From NCBI GenBank assembly GCA_964016885.1, contig OZ024743.1:163370001-163434000 (forward strand): a DNA stretch of 64,000 bases. The letters are read 5' to 3'. This document shows, piece after piece, positions 1 to 12,993 of this stretch. Within the stretch, counting starts at the first letter, position 1; the number at the start of each line of letters is the position of its first letter. A model generated the notes under the pieces. It did no database searches and was not told the origin of the DNA. It saw only the letters and a list, made by a program, of their open reading frames with translations. A program made the translations under genes and the position numbers. Origin of the DNA: Eledone cirrhosa. Its lineage: Eukaryota.

Positions 1-557
1 CCCATGAAAGCTTGACACACTTGAGATCTGACCTCCCACAATGCTGCGCCATGACAAAATGCACAAAGTCCACCCTGTATGCTGATCTGGCACCACAACA
101 ACAAAAGCACCCAGTCCATGATGGTGACACAAGAAAAAGCAAAAACTGTTTGGGCCACACAGTATGGTGACTATGATGGTGACACAACAAAAAGTACCCA
201 GTTCATATTGTAAAGTGATCATGTTGGTGACACGATAAAAAACAGCAAGTTCACCCAGTAAGGTAGTTGTTTCAGTGCCACAATAAAAAAACACTCAGTT
301 CACACTGTAACATGGTTGTAGCCATGAAAACCAAGCCTAAATACAGATCCATATGAGCAAGATGTGAACTGTCTCATAATGTGACAATCCATGTAACCCA
401 TGCAAGCATGGAAAATGGATGTTGAACGATCTTCTTGCATACGAGTTGGTCTCAAGTTGTCATTTTCCTGATCAAAATCAGAGCTCAGTGACCAATTTCC
501 AGGACCCACCACAAGGAGGTTGACAAACATGGGCCAATGGTAAATGATGATGATGAT
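1..557 (+). mobile_element. 3' UTR remnant of an RTE LINE: degenerate ~48-bp repeats and (GAT)n tail
   Basis: Units of AAAAGCACCCAGTCCA...GTAAAGTG and acccatgcaagcatggaaaatggatgtt, as in the RTE tails at 9700-9920 and 16315-16790. Confidence 0.7.
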
Positions 558-585
558 ACAAAATTAAAAACTTTGTTTTACTGAC

Positions 586-708
586 CTTTGTTGTCTTCTT
601 TTTTGAACTTAGGACAAGTTTCACAACAGAGTCTTTCAATATCTCGTTGGTAACACATGGCAGGTGTAATGTATTTACAGCGAGGTACTATATCACCATA
701 TTCACAAT
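586..708 (-). CDS. Host gene exon (phase 1->1): (N)CEYGDIVPRCKYITPAMCYQRDIERLCCETCPKFKKEDNK(G), third 6-Cys module
   Basis: tttctctctatcag|ATTGTGAA...AACAAAG|gtcagt; 123 nt; C-terminal part of ORF 578..928(-). Confidence 0.9.
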
Positions 709-1764
709 CTGATAGAGAGAAATAGGTTAGAATGTCATTCTCAAATACTACTGCGGAATTGGCAGAGTTATTAGCATGTGATACACAATGCCTTAATGTA
801 TTTACTGTTTTATTTGTTTTAATCATTAGACTATCAAGGTGGTGAATTGGTAGAGTTGTTAGAATGCTGGATAGAAAGCTTTGCAGTATTTGTTTCGGCT
901 CTCTGAGTTCAAATCCTGCTGAGATCAACTTTGCCTTTTATCCTCTTGAGGTCGAAAAAAAAGTGCCAGTCTAGTACTAGGGTTGATTCTTTCTCTTTAT
1001 CTTTCTCACTGCCATTCTCTCACTCTTTCTTTCCTTCTCTTGAAGAAATCTGTTGTATTCAGACCTGGAGAGGATTAGGCTCCACCAGGTTTGAAAAAGA
1101 TACCCTAGAAACGTTCTATGTCAATGTGATGCCTGTATGACTTCTTCAGGGATTACAGAACGATGCATGCAATCATTAGACTACAACCATTTTGGGGCAC
1201 CACTGTAAAGGGTTTTAGTTGATCATATCGATCCCAGTATTTCTTATTATTCAAGTCTGGTACATATCTTATCAACTTCTTTGTTGAACAGCTAAGTTAC
1301 GTTGAATAAACAACGGTAACATAAACACAAACACGAACATACATACACACACACACACATATATATATAATGGGCTTCTTCAGTTTCCATCGAACAAATT
1401 TCACTCACAATCATGGTCAACTCCTTAAGCATGCAGCCATGCTTACACTTATAACTGATCAGGTTCTCCGTACTCTCAATTCAAATATCACCAAAGTAAA
1501 TTTTGCCTTTCATCCTTGCTAGGTCAATAAAATATAGTACTAATCCAGAAGAGAGATAGATTGACAGATTTATTAGAGTCAAACAAGATGCTTTGCTGTA
1601 TTTGTTCCAGCTCATTTGCAGTTCAAACCCTCCACTGAGGTTTACTTGGGTGGTACCTGGCCCTTGTTTGGTATCTGGCCCTTGGTAGTAACTGGCCCTT
1701 GTGTGGTAACTGGCCCTTAGGTGCATTGTTTCTTTTTGGGTAAACTGACATCTGACTGTTTAAA

Positions 1765-2628
1765 GGAGACTTCAAAAGTAATTAGTAGCTACGTTTTTTG
1801 AAAATGGACAACATTTGACAATGTGGTGTTATCAAGTAACTGCAGAAAAAGGGTTCAGCCCCCAAAGACATTCATACTGACATGGTTGCTACATTAGGGG
1901 ACGATGCTCCAGCTTTATCAACAGTGCAAAAGTGGGCAGCTGCATTTAAGAGGGGAAGGGTGAGTTTTGAAGATGACCCAAGGTCTGAATGTCGTGCAAC
2001 TGCCATCACCGAGGAAAATATTGACTGTGTTCACCACATGGTGATGGATGACAGATGATTGACTATAAATCAAATAGAAAATGTATATCCTGTCAGAGAG
2101 TTGAGAATATTCTGCATAATGAATTTGGCATGATATAGGTTTTTGCTTGGTGGGTCTTCTGACATCTGATCAAAATCACTCCAGGCTTCTCACAGGAAAA
2201 TATGCTATTTTTGAGGCAGATATAGTTGGTTTCATTGAACGTTTCCTAATCTAGGATGAGTATTGGGTTAATCTCTTTGAACCAGAGACAATCCATGCAA
2301 TGGAAACATCCCTCCTCACCTGCTCCAAAGAAGGCCAAGGTTATTTCATCTGCAGGGAAGGTGGTAGTTTCAGTTGGGATGCAAAAGGCATTATGCTTAT
2401 TGACTAGCTTCAAAAGGGCCACACCATCTATGAAGAGTACTCTGCCAGCTCTGAGGCAGTAATGAAAGGCTATCAAGACCAAACACCCAGGAAAACTGAC
2501 AAAAGGGGTTTTGTTTTATTAGGACAACGCTCCAGCACACAAGTCCTTGGTTTCAATGGCTGCTGTGTGTGACTGTGGCTTTGAACTGGTTTATCACCTT
2601 CCCTATTGTCCTGATTTGGCCCCATCTG
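1765..2628 (+). mobile_element. Decayed Tc1/mariner (mariner-type) transposase
   Basis: Translates to KKG.APKDIH.DMVATLGDDAPALSTVQKWAA.FKRG, QSMQWKHPSSPAPKKAKVISSAGKV and HLPYCPDLAPS (YSPDLAP motif); many stops. Confidence 0.9.
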
Positions 2629-5366
2629 AAGGGTAGTTGGTGGTGCTGGATGTGACCAGCAGTGAAGGCTATGCTTTCAGGTTAGTGGCTGCATATGCCC
2701 TGACAGGGGCAGGATGGCCTGATTTCTTCAGATGCCTTGAGAACTTTCTAGGAACATCTCAATCTTTAGTGTTAGTGGGGGACTGGAATGGTATCTTGGA
2801 TGCATGCTGAGACTGTGTGGGACTAACAGATAGGGGAGGAGGGTGTAAAAGCCTCACAAACCTGCTCAGATGCTTTTAACTGTCTAACAGGTATCGACTG
2901 GATTTCCCGAATGTGTCAATGTGGACATGGACAAACTGCATTGGGTCATCCAGATCGTATTTAGATAGGGTATTCTGTAGGGAAATAGATAAGTCTAGTA
3001 TACGTTGTTCACAATTCAAAGTAGTTGATTACATAGACCTCAAATTTGTATTCTGTATAGTCAATCTAGATAGGTTTCTTAACTAGGGATCTGGGTACTG
3101 GAAGCTAAACGCCTCATTCCCGGTGTACAACAACTATGAAGACTGGATCAGTAAATTAGGCGAGTCTTGACGGGAGCAATCATCAACAACAAATGGTGGT
3201 TCACCCTAAAAGGGGGTATTAGAGAGAATAGATAACGTTTAGTTAGGTTGAAATGATAGACAAAATTAAAGTAGAGGGAGATCTAGTTAGAAAACTAGAA
3301 GAGGCACTTACTAAAGGCATCACAGCCAACGTGCTCGCAGTGAGATTGGCTCTGGCCCAATTCTTCAATGCTAAGTATGAAGGCTGTGCTGTTAGAGCAA
3401 AAGTGCATGTTCTTGGACATGAGGGGACAGAAGTCGTTCAATAGGCCCGAATGGCGGAGGTGAGGCATGGCAACAAAGCCACAATCCGATCTTTGGCAGA
3501 CCATGACGGGCGCATGGTACTTGATCCCAAGCAAATGTGTGAGGTCTTTCAGCGACACTCAAATGTTTGGGAGCGGTGGCTAGTCGGATTGAGGGATAGA
3601 TTTGACAGCCTACTTCGATGGCCTACTATGGCTCTTGGCAAGGGAGGTGGAGCGTTGCAAAAAACTGATAACAGCCGAGGAAATATGGGACATAATGGGA
3701 AGCTGCACGAGGGGAAAATTTTCTGGCTTAGATGGCCTGCCCTATGAGCTTTACACAAACATGCCAGGCTTGTTTGGTGACATCTTAGTGGATGTCGATG
3801 CCAACTGGCAGCAGAACAGGAGAATTCCCAATTCTGTGAGTCAAGGGGTGGTAGAGCTGCCGAGAAAGGACCTGAACAAGGGGAACCATACAGACAATTT
3901 CAGGCCCATAACTCTGCTAAACGCAAAGTTTAAAATTTTGGCCAAAGTATTAGCAACAAGGTTGGTGCTTGTCATCAGTGATCTGGTAGGAGAGGCACAA
4001 ACATGCACCATTCCAAACAGGTCCATCCACGACAACCTTGACCTCATGTGATACATCATAGAGAGGGTGGCTAAAGAACCTGGCACAGGTGGGGTTCTGC
4101 TCAATTTAGATCAATCAAAGGCTTTTGATAGGGTCAACCATTGCTACCTTGTAGCTGTCCTCAAAGCAGCAGGCTTTCGACCCATTTTCAGGAGCTGGAT
4201 CGCTGCAATGCACAGCGACATCTTCTCTGTGGTTAGAGTGAATGGTCATCTTTTGGAACCATTCAACATCATGCGCTCGGTCCGCCAAGGTTTTCCCCTC
4301 TCATCGCTTCTGTATGTGTTGACTCTTGAGCCATTACTACACAAATTGGAGATGTTGAGAAGCATCCTGCATGAACTAGGATGTGGGAGATCTGTGACAG
4401 CATATGCCAACAACATCACTGTAGTTATGTTGAACACCAAACACATTGAGATGATTGGCAACAATCTCAGGGAGTACAAAGCGGTAACAGGAGCAAAAAT
4501 CAACCAGGAAAAGTTGGTGGGCATGCAGCTCGGCACCTAGAGAGGCATGTCCATGCCATCCAACAGCATCATTGGGCACTGGACAGATGGACTGGTTAAA
4601 TTACTTGGGTTCTGGTTTGGACCGGATCTCCAGATTGACAAAAAAACTAGGATGAGGTAATGTTTAAGGTGGCTTCTCTCACCCCGAAATGGGTGTCTGT
4701 CATCATCTACTGTCTGGCCATCGTGCCTTGCCCTAGCCCACATCTGACTACACTGGAGTGTCAACTCTTTTGCTTTTTGCGGAGGGACTAGGTTCCATTG
4801 GTCAAGGGTTCCATCTGCTGTCAACACCCACTATGTAGAGGATTGGGTATGCCATGGCAAACATTTGCTGAGGTTACGACATCTCCAACTTTTCCTGGAT
4901 GGCAAACAGGTGTGGTCACCGGTCGCTAGAGATGTTTTTTCCTAGCTCATCTCTTTGATGGAGCTGCAATCTTGGGTCAAGCGAAGACTGAGAGGGAGCA
5001 TTTGAAGACTGGAATGTCTTCAAGTCTCACAGCCCTCAGCAAATCAGGGAGTACAATCAGTGGAAACTCCACCTCAGCATTCTATAAGGGGTTAGTGGAG
5101 GATGACATCCTTGGGAAAGGGCACTTTACCCTAGTGGACAGGGTGACTGTGGCTTTTGTAGGATTTCTACATGAGTGACCTTTGGAGTGTCCTCACCTTT
5201 GGGGAAGTTATGTTAGTTTTAAATGTTTATTTTCTTAGTCTCTTTTATAAATTTTATTTTACACAAAGAAAAAAACCACACTGCATTGTCCTGTAACGTC
5301 TTTAATGTTTCCTTAATGTGAACCCTGTGTGACTAATAAAGAAATCACTATCCTTATTATTATTAT
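2629..5366 (+). mobile_element. 5'-truncated, decayed Tx1/L1-clade LINE (EN-RT, AATAAA, (ATT)n tail)
   Basis: ORFs 3602-4051 and 4067-4540 (FRPITLLN, LDQSKAFDRV, VRQG.PLS) are homologous to 25753-28479. Ends gactaataaagaaatc...ttattattatt. Confidence 0.92.
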
Positions 5367-5863
5367 TTGTTACTTCATGTCTCAGTCATTGATTCAACCG
5401 GAATAACTGCTGCCGTAATGAAAATCAAGCTGCTACCCGCAGCCTCAGATATTCAGGGAGGGGGGGGGGGGGGGGTGATTGTCTTTAGCCAACCTCGGAA
5501 ACTCTTCAAGATAGTATCCAGTGCTCCCATGATGATGTTCCAAATCCTTTTCAGTTCCCACTTCAGGTCCTAGTACCAGTTAATCTTTTCTCTATCCTTT
5601 TCCTTTACTCTTGGGTCGAGGGGTCAAGCTATATCTATAACCAACACAATCTTTTTTCTTTGTTGGAAACTACCAAGTCAGGCTTATGGTGTTCTAATTC
5701 TTTAACAGTTTGTATTCTGAAATCCCACAACACCTTCATCTGGTTGTTTTCCATCACCGATTCTGGCTTATATTCATACCACCTCTCAGTGTGGAGTAAA
5801 TCGTTCAATTTGCACAAATCCCAGTGGATCACCTTTCCTATAATGTCATGCCTTTATCATTTA

Positions 5864-6455
5864 CTAGCAGTGGTACCCAGCGTTTCACGGGATAAGGTAT
5901 TTTGGAACGTGGGCCGCCAACAGACCTAATCGTGGAAAAACTGCATGCCTGGACAATATGTAAAGAAAATAAACCGAATACTCTGATGGTTGGATAATCT
6001 TTAAGATTTTCCTCGATGAAGCAGAAAAAATGCAGGTTTTCACCTAATGTGGGCTCTAGGGGATCAAGAAAATGAATTTTTTTTATGTGCATAATATGCT
6101 TTGAAATTTCGGGAAAATCGGCTAGACATAATGCCTCCAAAAAGACCTAAAAAGCTGAAAAAATGAAGTTTTTCACCTAATGCGGGTCCTAGGCCATAAA
6201 AAAGTTGAATTTTGTTTGCTCACGATATGAAGAAGAGACTGACTAACACAGAGATACAATTTCAAGGAAATCGGTTGGACGTAACGCCTCAAAATACCCC
6301 TAAAAAGCTTAAAAAACGCAGTTTTTCACCTAATGCCCTAGGAGACCAACATGTTGAATATTTTTATGTGCATAACACTCCCTGAAACATAAGTAATACA
6401 GATGTAAAGTTTGAAAAACATCGGTTGGGTACTTCTCGAGTTTTAGGAATTCAAA

Positions 6456-6527
<72 letters not shown>

Positions 6528-6832
6528 CAACCTCAGGGAATTGACGTAATGCAGACAGCCAGACATACAGACAGATATTATAAGGGTGTGACGTTATATG
6601 TATGTATCTATCTAAAAAGAGAAAGACTAAGAATTATAGAGAGAGATCACTAAATCGCCTTATGCGGTCCCTAGGGTATTGAAAATTTGAAATTGTTTGT
6701 ACTCAGGACACTCCCTGAAACATAAGTATTACATGTGTAAAGTTTGAAAACAGTCGGTTGGGTGGTTCTCGAGTTTTAGGGATTCAAACTCACACACACA
6801 CAGACAGACATCCTCAGTTTTATATATATAGA
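5864..6832 (-). mobile_element. Non-autonomous Helitron-like element
   Basis: On minus: 5' TC (TCTATATATATAAAAC), 3' hairpin CCCGTGAAACGCTGGG then CTAG. Inserted between A and T with no TSD; removal restores R4 codons CAA TAT AAA (QYK..RHD). Internal repeats and (CA)n. Confidence 0.85.
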
Positions 6833-7937
6833 TATTGCGTCTGGGCCAGGAGTTTACACTCGGATACGATGTGAGCTACAATCTCCTCTCTCTCTCTCTC
6901 TCTCTCTCTTTCTCCCCCCCCCCCCTCTCTCTCTCTCCCTCTCTCTTACTCTCTCCACATATCCTACAAAGCAGGCTAGCTTCCTCCTTGTCAATATGAT
7001 GTTTCATCCACTTCGTTCTAAGGGCTTGCTCCTGTGCAGCCAGTAGCATTCCCTCAGTAGCTTTCTTGAGGTCCCCTTTTTTTAACCAGTCCCATGTCTG
7101 TGGAACTGTGAATTCTGTATTCAGGTTGTTCTTCCTTCTCATCATTACTTCCTTCTTGGGTATCCTCTGGTCTATTGTCTGCTCCTTCAATACAGCCTTT
7201 AGCATTGGCTTGCTACTCATAGACACATATTTATGCTAACCACTTTTCACCATCTGAACACATTCCTCCACGCTGATAAGACCTCTCCTGCCTTCAGCTC
7301 TCCTTAAGTACAGTCTATCAACATCTCCCCTCTTATGAAACATATTGTAGGTAGTCATTAATTTCCTTGTCTTTCTATCTAATTCTTTCTGTTCATTTAA
7401 ATTCCATTTAAGAATTCCCACACTATACTTAATAATAGACACAGCTCAGAAATTTATTGCACTAATGACATTCTTACTATTCAGTTGTGATTTCAGTACA
7501 TTTTTCAATCTCCTTATGTATTCAGACCTTATCCTCTCCTTAACTTTTTTGTCCTTGATGTTATCTGCTTCCAAGACACCCAAATATCAATATCCTTCCT
7601 CAGTGTCCATCTCCTTTATCACCTTACCCGTTGGTATCTCGATTCCTTTGCTTCTTTTCAATTTGCCCTCATTCATCAGTAGGACTCCACACTTATTAAT
7701 ACCAAATTCCATGCAAATGTCATTGCTGAAAATACAAAGAGTTTTAGGTCATCCATGAAAAGGAGATGATTGATGGTAAGTTCTCCTTTTCCCAGTTGGT
7801 ATCCAGCTTTCACTCCTTGCAATATGAGGGACAGGAGTAAAAGGGTAAGGACAAACAATAAAGGCAACAGACTATCTTCTTGGAAGATACCTCTCTTGAT
7901 TTTTCACTCTTCCCAAGGATTCTTCCCCTGATGTTAA

Positions 7938-9918
7938 ACGAGGAGATTGCATGGGGAAAAGAGACCCTACCCCAAGTGGACCCTATAGAGGGGCCAGCAG
8001 TACAAGTCAGCAGCAGCGTAGTAAGTAAGGCAATCAAAGATATGAAGACGGGGAAGGCAACCGATCCATCGGGTATAGCTGCCGAGATGCTGAAGGCATC
8101 TGGGTCGGTAGGTCACACCATAACCACACGAATTGTTAACCAGGTAATACTAGAGGGTATCATACCAAAGGATTGGTGCAGCAGCATCATTGTCAACTGC
8201 TACAAAGGTAAAGGTGATGCATTAGATAGAGGAAACTATAGAGGTATAAAGCTGATGGACCAGGTTATGAAAGTAACAGAAAGAGTTATAGCACGGTTGA
8301 TTAGAGACCGGGTGAAACTAGATGAGATGCAATTTGGGTTTGTACCAGGAAGAGGCACCACTGATGCCCTCTTCCTTGTGAGGCAGTTACAGGAAAAGTA
8401 CCTAGCTAAAAGTAAGCCGCTCTAACTGGCATTCGTCGATCTGGAAAAAGCCTTCGACAGAGTCCCCCATGTTATATTGTGGTCGGCTCTTAGAAAATTA
8501 GGAGTAGATGAATGGCTTGTGAAAGCTGTACAAGCCATGTATAGAGGAGCAGTCAGTAAAGTTAGAGTTAGCAATGAGTATAGCGAGGAATTTAGCATAC
8601 AGGTCGGTGTCCACCAGGGCTCTGTTCTTAGCTCTCTCCTGTTCATTATAGTTTTGCAGGCAATAACGGAGGAGTTTAAGACCGGATGCCCATGGGAACT
8701 CCTGTATGTGGATGATCTCGCACTTATAGCTGAATCCATGGTGGAACTAGAGAAGAAATTCCAAACATGGAAGCAAGGACTAGAAAGAAAGGGTCTCAAA
8801 GTCAACCTGACAAAGACTAAGGTTCTTGTAAGTAGACGAGAAAACAGAATCCAGATTCCCTCAGGGAAATGGCCTTGCTCAGTATGTAGGAAAGGTGTAG
8901 GTAGGAACTCCATCCTCTGCCCCAAATGCAAACAATGGGTACACAAGAGATGTAGTGGGATCTCAGGAAGTTTAACAAGAATGTAGGCTTCATATGTAGC
9001 AGCTGCGCTGGGACAGCAAGCAGCAAACAACCACAGGAAACAAGCACCACCAAACTCTGGGATGGCTCTGTAGAAACAGTAAACAGCTTCTGCTACCTAG
9101 GTGACCGAATTAGCAGCGGAGGAGGGTGTTCGGAAAGTACAATAACTAGGGTAAGAACGGGATGGAAGAAGTTCAGGGAGCTACTGCCACTGCTAGCTGC
9201 AAAAGGCTTTTCCCTCAAAATGAAAGGCAGACTGTATGATGCATGTATACGAACAGCAATGTTACATGGAAGTGAAACCTGGGTGCTGTCTGTAGAAGAC
9301 TTGCACAGATTAGAAAGAAACGAAGCTCTGATGGATGTGTAATAGTAATATACGTGAACGGCAAAGTATAAACGAATTGAGAGAGAGATTGAGCATCAGA
9401 GGAATCAAATACTGTGTGCAGGAGAGGAGATTACATTGGTATGGACATGTGATGCATATGAAGGATGACAGCTGCATAAAAAGATGCAGAGCATTAGAAG
9501 TCGATGGAAGCCGCAGAGTGGGGAGACTCAAGAAGACCTGGGATGAGGTGATAAAGGCCAACCTTATCCAATTGCACCTCTCAAGACCAATGACACATTA
9601 CCGTGACCTCTGGCGTGACGCGGTAACACAGAAGACCCAACCCCCCCACAGGAACAAGCCAAAGCTGAAGCATATAGACAATATGCCCCCACACTCTCCC
9701 ACTGTAAAGTGGACGTGGAGGCGCCACGGAAAAAAGCACCCAGCACTCACTGTAAATGAGGTTAGTGTAAGGAAGGGCATCCAGCTGTAGAAATCAAGCC
9801 AAAATCAGTTCCTGTATGAGTAAGACAAGGTCAGCCGACTGGACACTGCTTACAACAGGACAACCCGTATAACCCATGCTAGCGTGGAAGAACGGACGTA
9901 AAACGATGATGATGATGA
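7938..9918 (+). mobile_element. 5'-truncated RTE-clade LINE (RT, Cys-rich PHD-like finger, (GAT)n tail)
   Basis: NYRGIKL, DLEKAFDRVP, VHQGSVLS, LYVDDL, CSVCRKGVGRNSILCPKCKQWVHKRCSG. TSD TGATGTTAA at 7929-7937 and 9919-9927. Confidence 0.95.
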
Positions 9919-9984
9919 TGATGTTAATTCTGTCTTCCAGTTCTTCATGCTATTACTTAATAGCAGACTGATGTTGTCAGCCAC

Positions 9985-10330
9985 CTTGAATATATCTAGA
10001 CACTGAAGTTAACTTTGCCTTTCATCCTTACGGGGTCGATAAAATAAAGTACCAGTAACACACTGGGGTAATTGCTGGCCTTGTGCCACAAGTAGAAACA
10101 ATTATTAAGTGGATTGGCAGTATTGGTAGAGAGTCGGACAACATGCTTCGCGACATAGAAGTTATAGGCCTTTACATTCTGAGTTCAAATCCCGCCGAGG
10201 TTAGCTTTGCCTTTCATCTTTCAGGGTCGATAAAATAAAGCACCAGTAATACACTGGGGTTGATTTAATCGACTTTCCCCTCCCCTTCAAAATTCTGGCC
10301 TTGTACCTAAAGTAGAAACAATTATTATCG
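9985..10330 (+). mobile_element. Two tandem tRNA-derived SINEs with (ATT)n tails
   Basis: A/B boxes, central domain and TAGAAACAATTATT tail. Confidence 0.85.
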
Positions 10331-10374
10331 TTAATGTTATTATTTTTTTATTTTATTTATTTATTCATTTATTA

Positions 10375-12170
10375 AAGTCTGTTTATTGATTGATATTAAC
10401 ATCCTATGTGATCCCAATATTACTGCAAAAGAATTTTACAAGCTTGTAGAAGATCAAGCCATCTAGCGTCGACTGTGAAAGCAGTTGATTAACTGCCCTT
10501 AGTTCTGACGTCACGTTCTGACGTCAGTAGCTGAAACAATAGCTCTTGAACGATGATACCTCGGAGGGAATAGACGTGTTTCCACGCAGTGACCCAAAAG
10601 ACGATATCACACCATGCGGTCGCAGCAGTATATGACGTTTGAAAAATATCCCAACCTAGGAGCACTGATGTATTTGAATATATTCTGTAATTGCTCTAAA
10701 CGCATCTGAACGATTGCATATCATCCTGCCTCTAATGGAATGGTGGAGCGCTTCCACCGACAACTGAAAGCCGCTCTACGGACTTCTCCTGACTCTACAC
10801 GCTGGAGCGAGTACCTCCCTATTGTGTTGTTGGGGATTCGGTCAACAATAAAGGAGGACCATGGGTTCTCCCCGGCCGAATTGTTATATGGTGCTCCTCT
10901 AGCGTTACCTGGGCAAATGCTTGCCCCTGTTGATCTTGCTGAACAAGATCCGCTTTCCTACGTATCCCGTCTGCGTTCTTATTTTCAGGACCTGCCGCCG
11001 ATGGATACGAGGAAGCAAACTGTAAAATCTGCAGTCCCGAGGGATATTGCCCCTCGTGGACCCATGTGTTTGTGAGAAACGATGCCATGAAATCACCTCT
11101 CACACAACCATACTCTGGACCCTACCGTGTATTAGCTCGTTCAGAGAAACATTTCACTGTAGACATTAAGGGTTCCAGAGAAACGGTTTCGATTGATAGA
11201 CTCAAACGACCACATTTGGATACAGATGCTTTCGCACCTGATCCACAAACGCCCCCCGTCTTTTTCTTTCGCACACACACCTGCTTCTTCGCCCCCCCCC
11301 CCCATCACCAAGATATAAGACTATGACCCGTTCCGGTCGGAGGGTTCATTGGCCAAAAAAACTGTGTAGCACTGTATATTTTTAAGCTGCTATTGTGCAG
11401 TGCTTTAATCCTGTATTGACTTTTGGAACTTTTAGGAAATTGTATTTACATTTTATTACATTTGTTTTTTTCCTTTCACGTTCTTGCATGCTTGTTTAAT
11501 ATTTATTTTTGAAATTTGTTGTGCCCTTCATGCTCGGTTGGGCTGATTGTTCCTTGGTTTGGGATTTTTGCTGGTTGCTAATCGGTTTTTCTACATACAT
11601 GATTCGATGAACCGATTTTTATTTAATTTTCTAAAAATCTGGTGGGAGGCCATGTAGAAGATCATGCCACCTAGCGTCGACTGTGAAGGCAGTCGATTAA
11701 CTGCCCTTAGTTCTGACGTCAGTAACTGAAACAATAGCTCTTGAACGATAATACCTCAGAGGTAATAGACGTGTTTCCACGCAGTGACCCAAAAGGCGAT
11801 TACACACCATGCGGTCGCAGCAGTATATGACGATTGAAAAATATCCCACCCTAGGAGCACTGATGTATTTGAATATATTCTGTAATTGCTCTAATTAAAA
11901 ATGTTTCTATAACATAATATTGAGGTATGTTCCTTCTTCCTTGTTTGACTATGTGCCAGTATACTATATCCAGTTAGACGGGATGTCTGACCACCTAAAA
12001 GCTCATAAAATATAAAGATTTGAAATTGAAAAAATGTGGCATCTGAATGTGGTTACAATACCAAGAATGATAATAAAAAAAGGAACAGCAAATTATTTGA
12101 GAATGATCCCTGGTTTACCATCTCTGCAAGAAGTGCAAAAAATTATTTTAACTGATACAATAAGGCATTT
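10375..12170 (+). mobile_element. Old RLE-domain (R4-like) 3' fragment split by the Gypsy insertion
   Basis: Flanks join to CLLIDINI.CD.NITAKEFYKL|IKYKDL..EKMWHL..VTIP...IPGLPSLQEVQKIILT, similar to ORF 30963-31481. Confidence 0.75.
10445..11999 (+). mobile_element. Internally deleted Gypsy LTR retrotransposon: 5' LTR part 10445-~10698, integrase C-terminus, PPT, 3' LTR 11653-11999
   Basis: Two ~250-bp direct repeats starting TGTAGAAGATC; AYHPASNGMVERFHRQLKAAL and GPY motifs; GGTGGGAGG before the 3' LTR; TSD AGCT at 10441-10444 and 12000-12003. Confidence 0.93.
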
Positions 12171-12197
12171 TGTTCAACACTTTAACAACAACTTGCT

Positions 12198-12832
12198 ATA
12201 CTTATATAATAAGAGCCGTTATTGTAAGTCCATCCATCATGCTCTCTAAATAGGGGAAAATAATGCTCCACTTCTCACTCTACCCCACTCTCTCTAACTA
12301 ACTAAAACATAGAATGCAAGAATACAGAGTTTTTTGTTGTTTGTATGTGTGTTTCTGTGTGTCCTTCAACATATAGACAATGCAACACAGACTTCAAAAA
12401 AAGACTTTCAATATAATTGTTTCTACTTTTGGTACAAGGCCAACAATTATCCAGTATATTACTGGTACTTTATTTTATCGACCTCATAAGGATGTAAGGC
12501 AAAGTTAACCTTGGCGGGATTTGAACTCAGACCATAAAGGGACGTAACTATGCTAGAAAGCATGGCGTCCAACCCAGATGGTTGTTGTTGATATTGAGAG
12601 AGCAATACAATGAGAGAGAGAGTGCATGTGTTAAAGATAGAATTAAAATTTGCGTAATGAAAAAAACAAGCTGTTGTTGTTATTAAGAGAGAAATACAGA
12701 GAGAGAGAGAGTGTGTGTGTGTGTGTGAGAGAGAGTTGTCACTAGACTAAGAGTTTGGATTGAAAATGCAGGAATTTTAAGTGTAAGTCTGTGTGTTTCT
12801 GTATGTCCTAAGGAAAATCGAGCTACAACTAG
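12198..12832 (+). mobile_element. Possible non-autonomous Helitron-like element containing a SINE fragment
   Basis: Starts ...TATATAATAAGAGC, contains (GA)/(GT) tracts and ends CTAG|T. The subterminal hairpin is weak. Confidence 0.4.
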
Positions 12833-12861
12833 TAATAATAGAAACAAGATAGTTGACTTAC

Positions 12862-12993
12862 TTTGGATTCCATTATTGAATTTCTCTTGGTGAATTTTGC
12901 ATGTTTTACAGCAGATTGCTCTATTGTAGTGCTCATAACATTGGTAGGCGGGTAGGCTTGTGCACTTAAAACTGTGGTCTCCATACTCACATC
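12862..12993 (-). CDS. Host gene exon (phase 1->1): (G)CEYGDHSFKCTSLPAYQCYEHYNRAICCKTCKIHQEKFNNGIQ(N), second 6-Cys module
   Basis: tctcttgagttag|GATGTGAG...ATCCAAA|gtaagt; 132 nt; paralogous to the exon at 586-708. Confidence 0.9.

Larger units (their letters stand above)
5370..9985 (-). mobile_element. Decayed R4/Dong-type RLE LINE, interrupted by a Helitron (5864-6832), an (AG)n tract and an RTE (7938-9918)
   Basis: Motifs INHLLFMDDLKLF, WLKKGDLKKATEG..AAQEQAL, CRICGE, IHW.LC..WYE.KPE.V.EN..KVLWDF.IQT..PDLVV; colinear with 22455-24990. Confidence 0.9.

Noticed and set aside
10110-10200. tRNA-like A/B boxes
   Set aside because: SINE heads with no cloverleaf; not tRNA genes.
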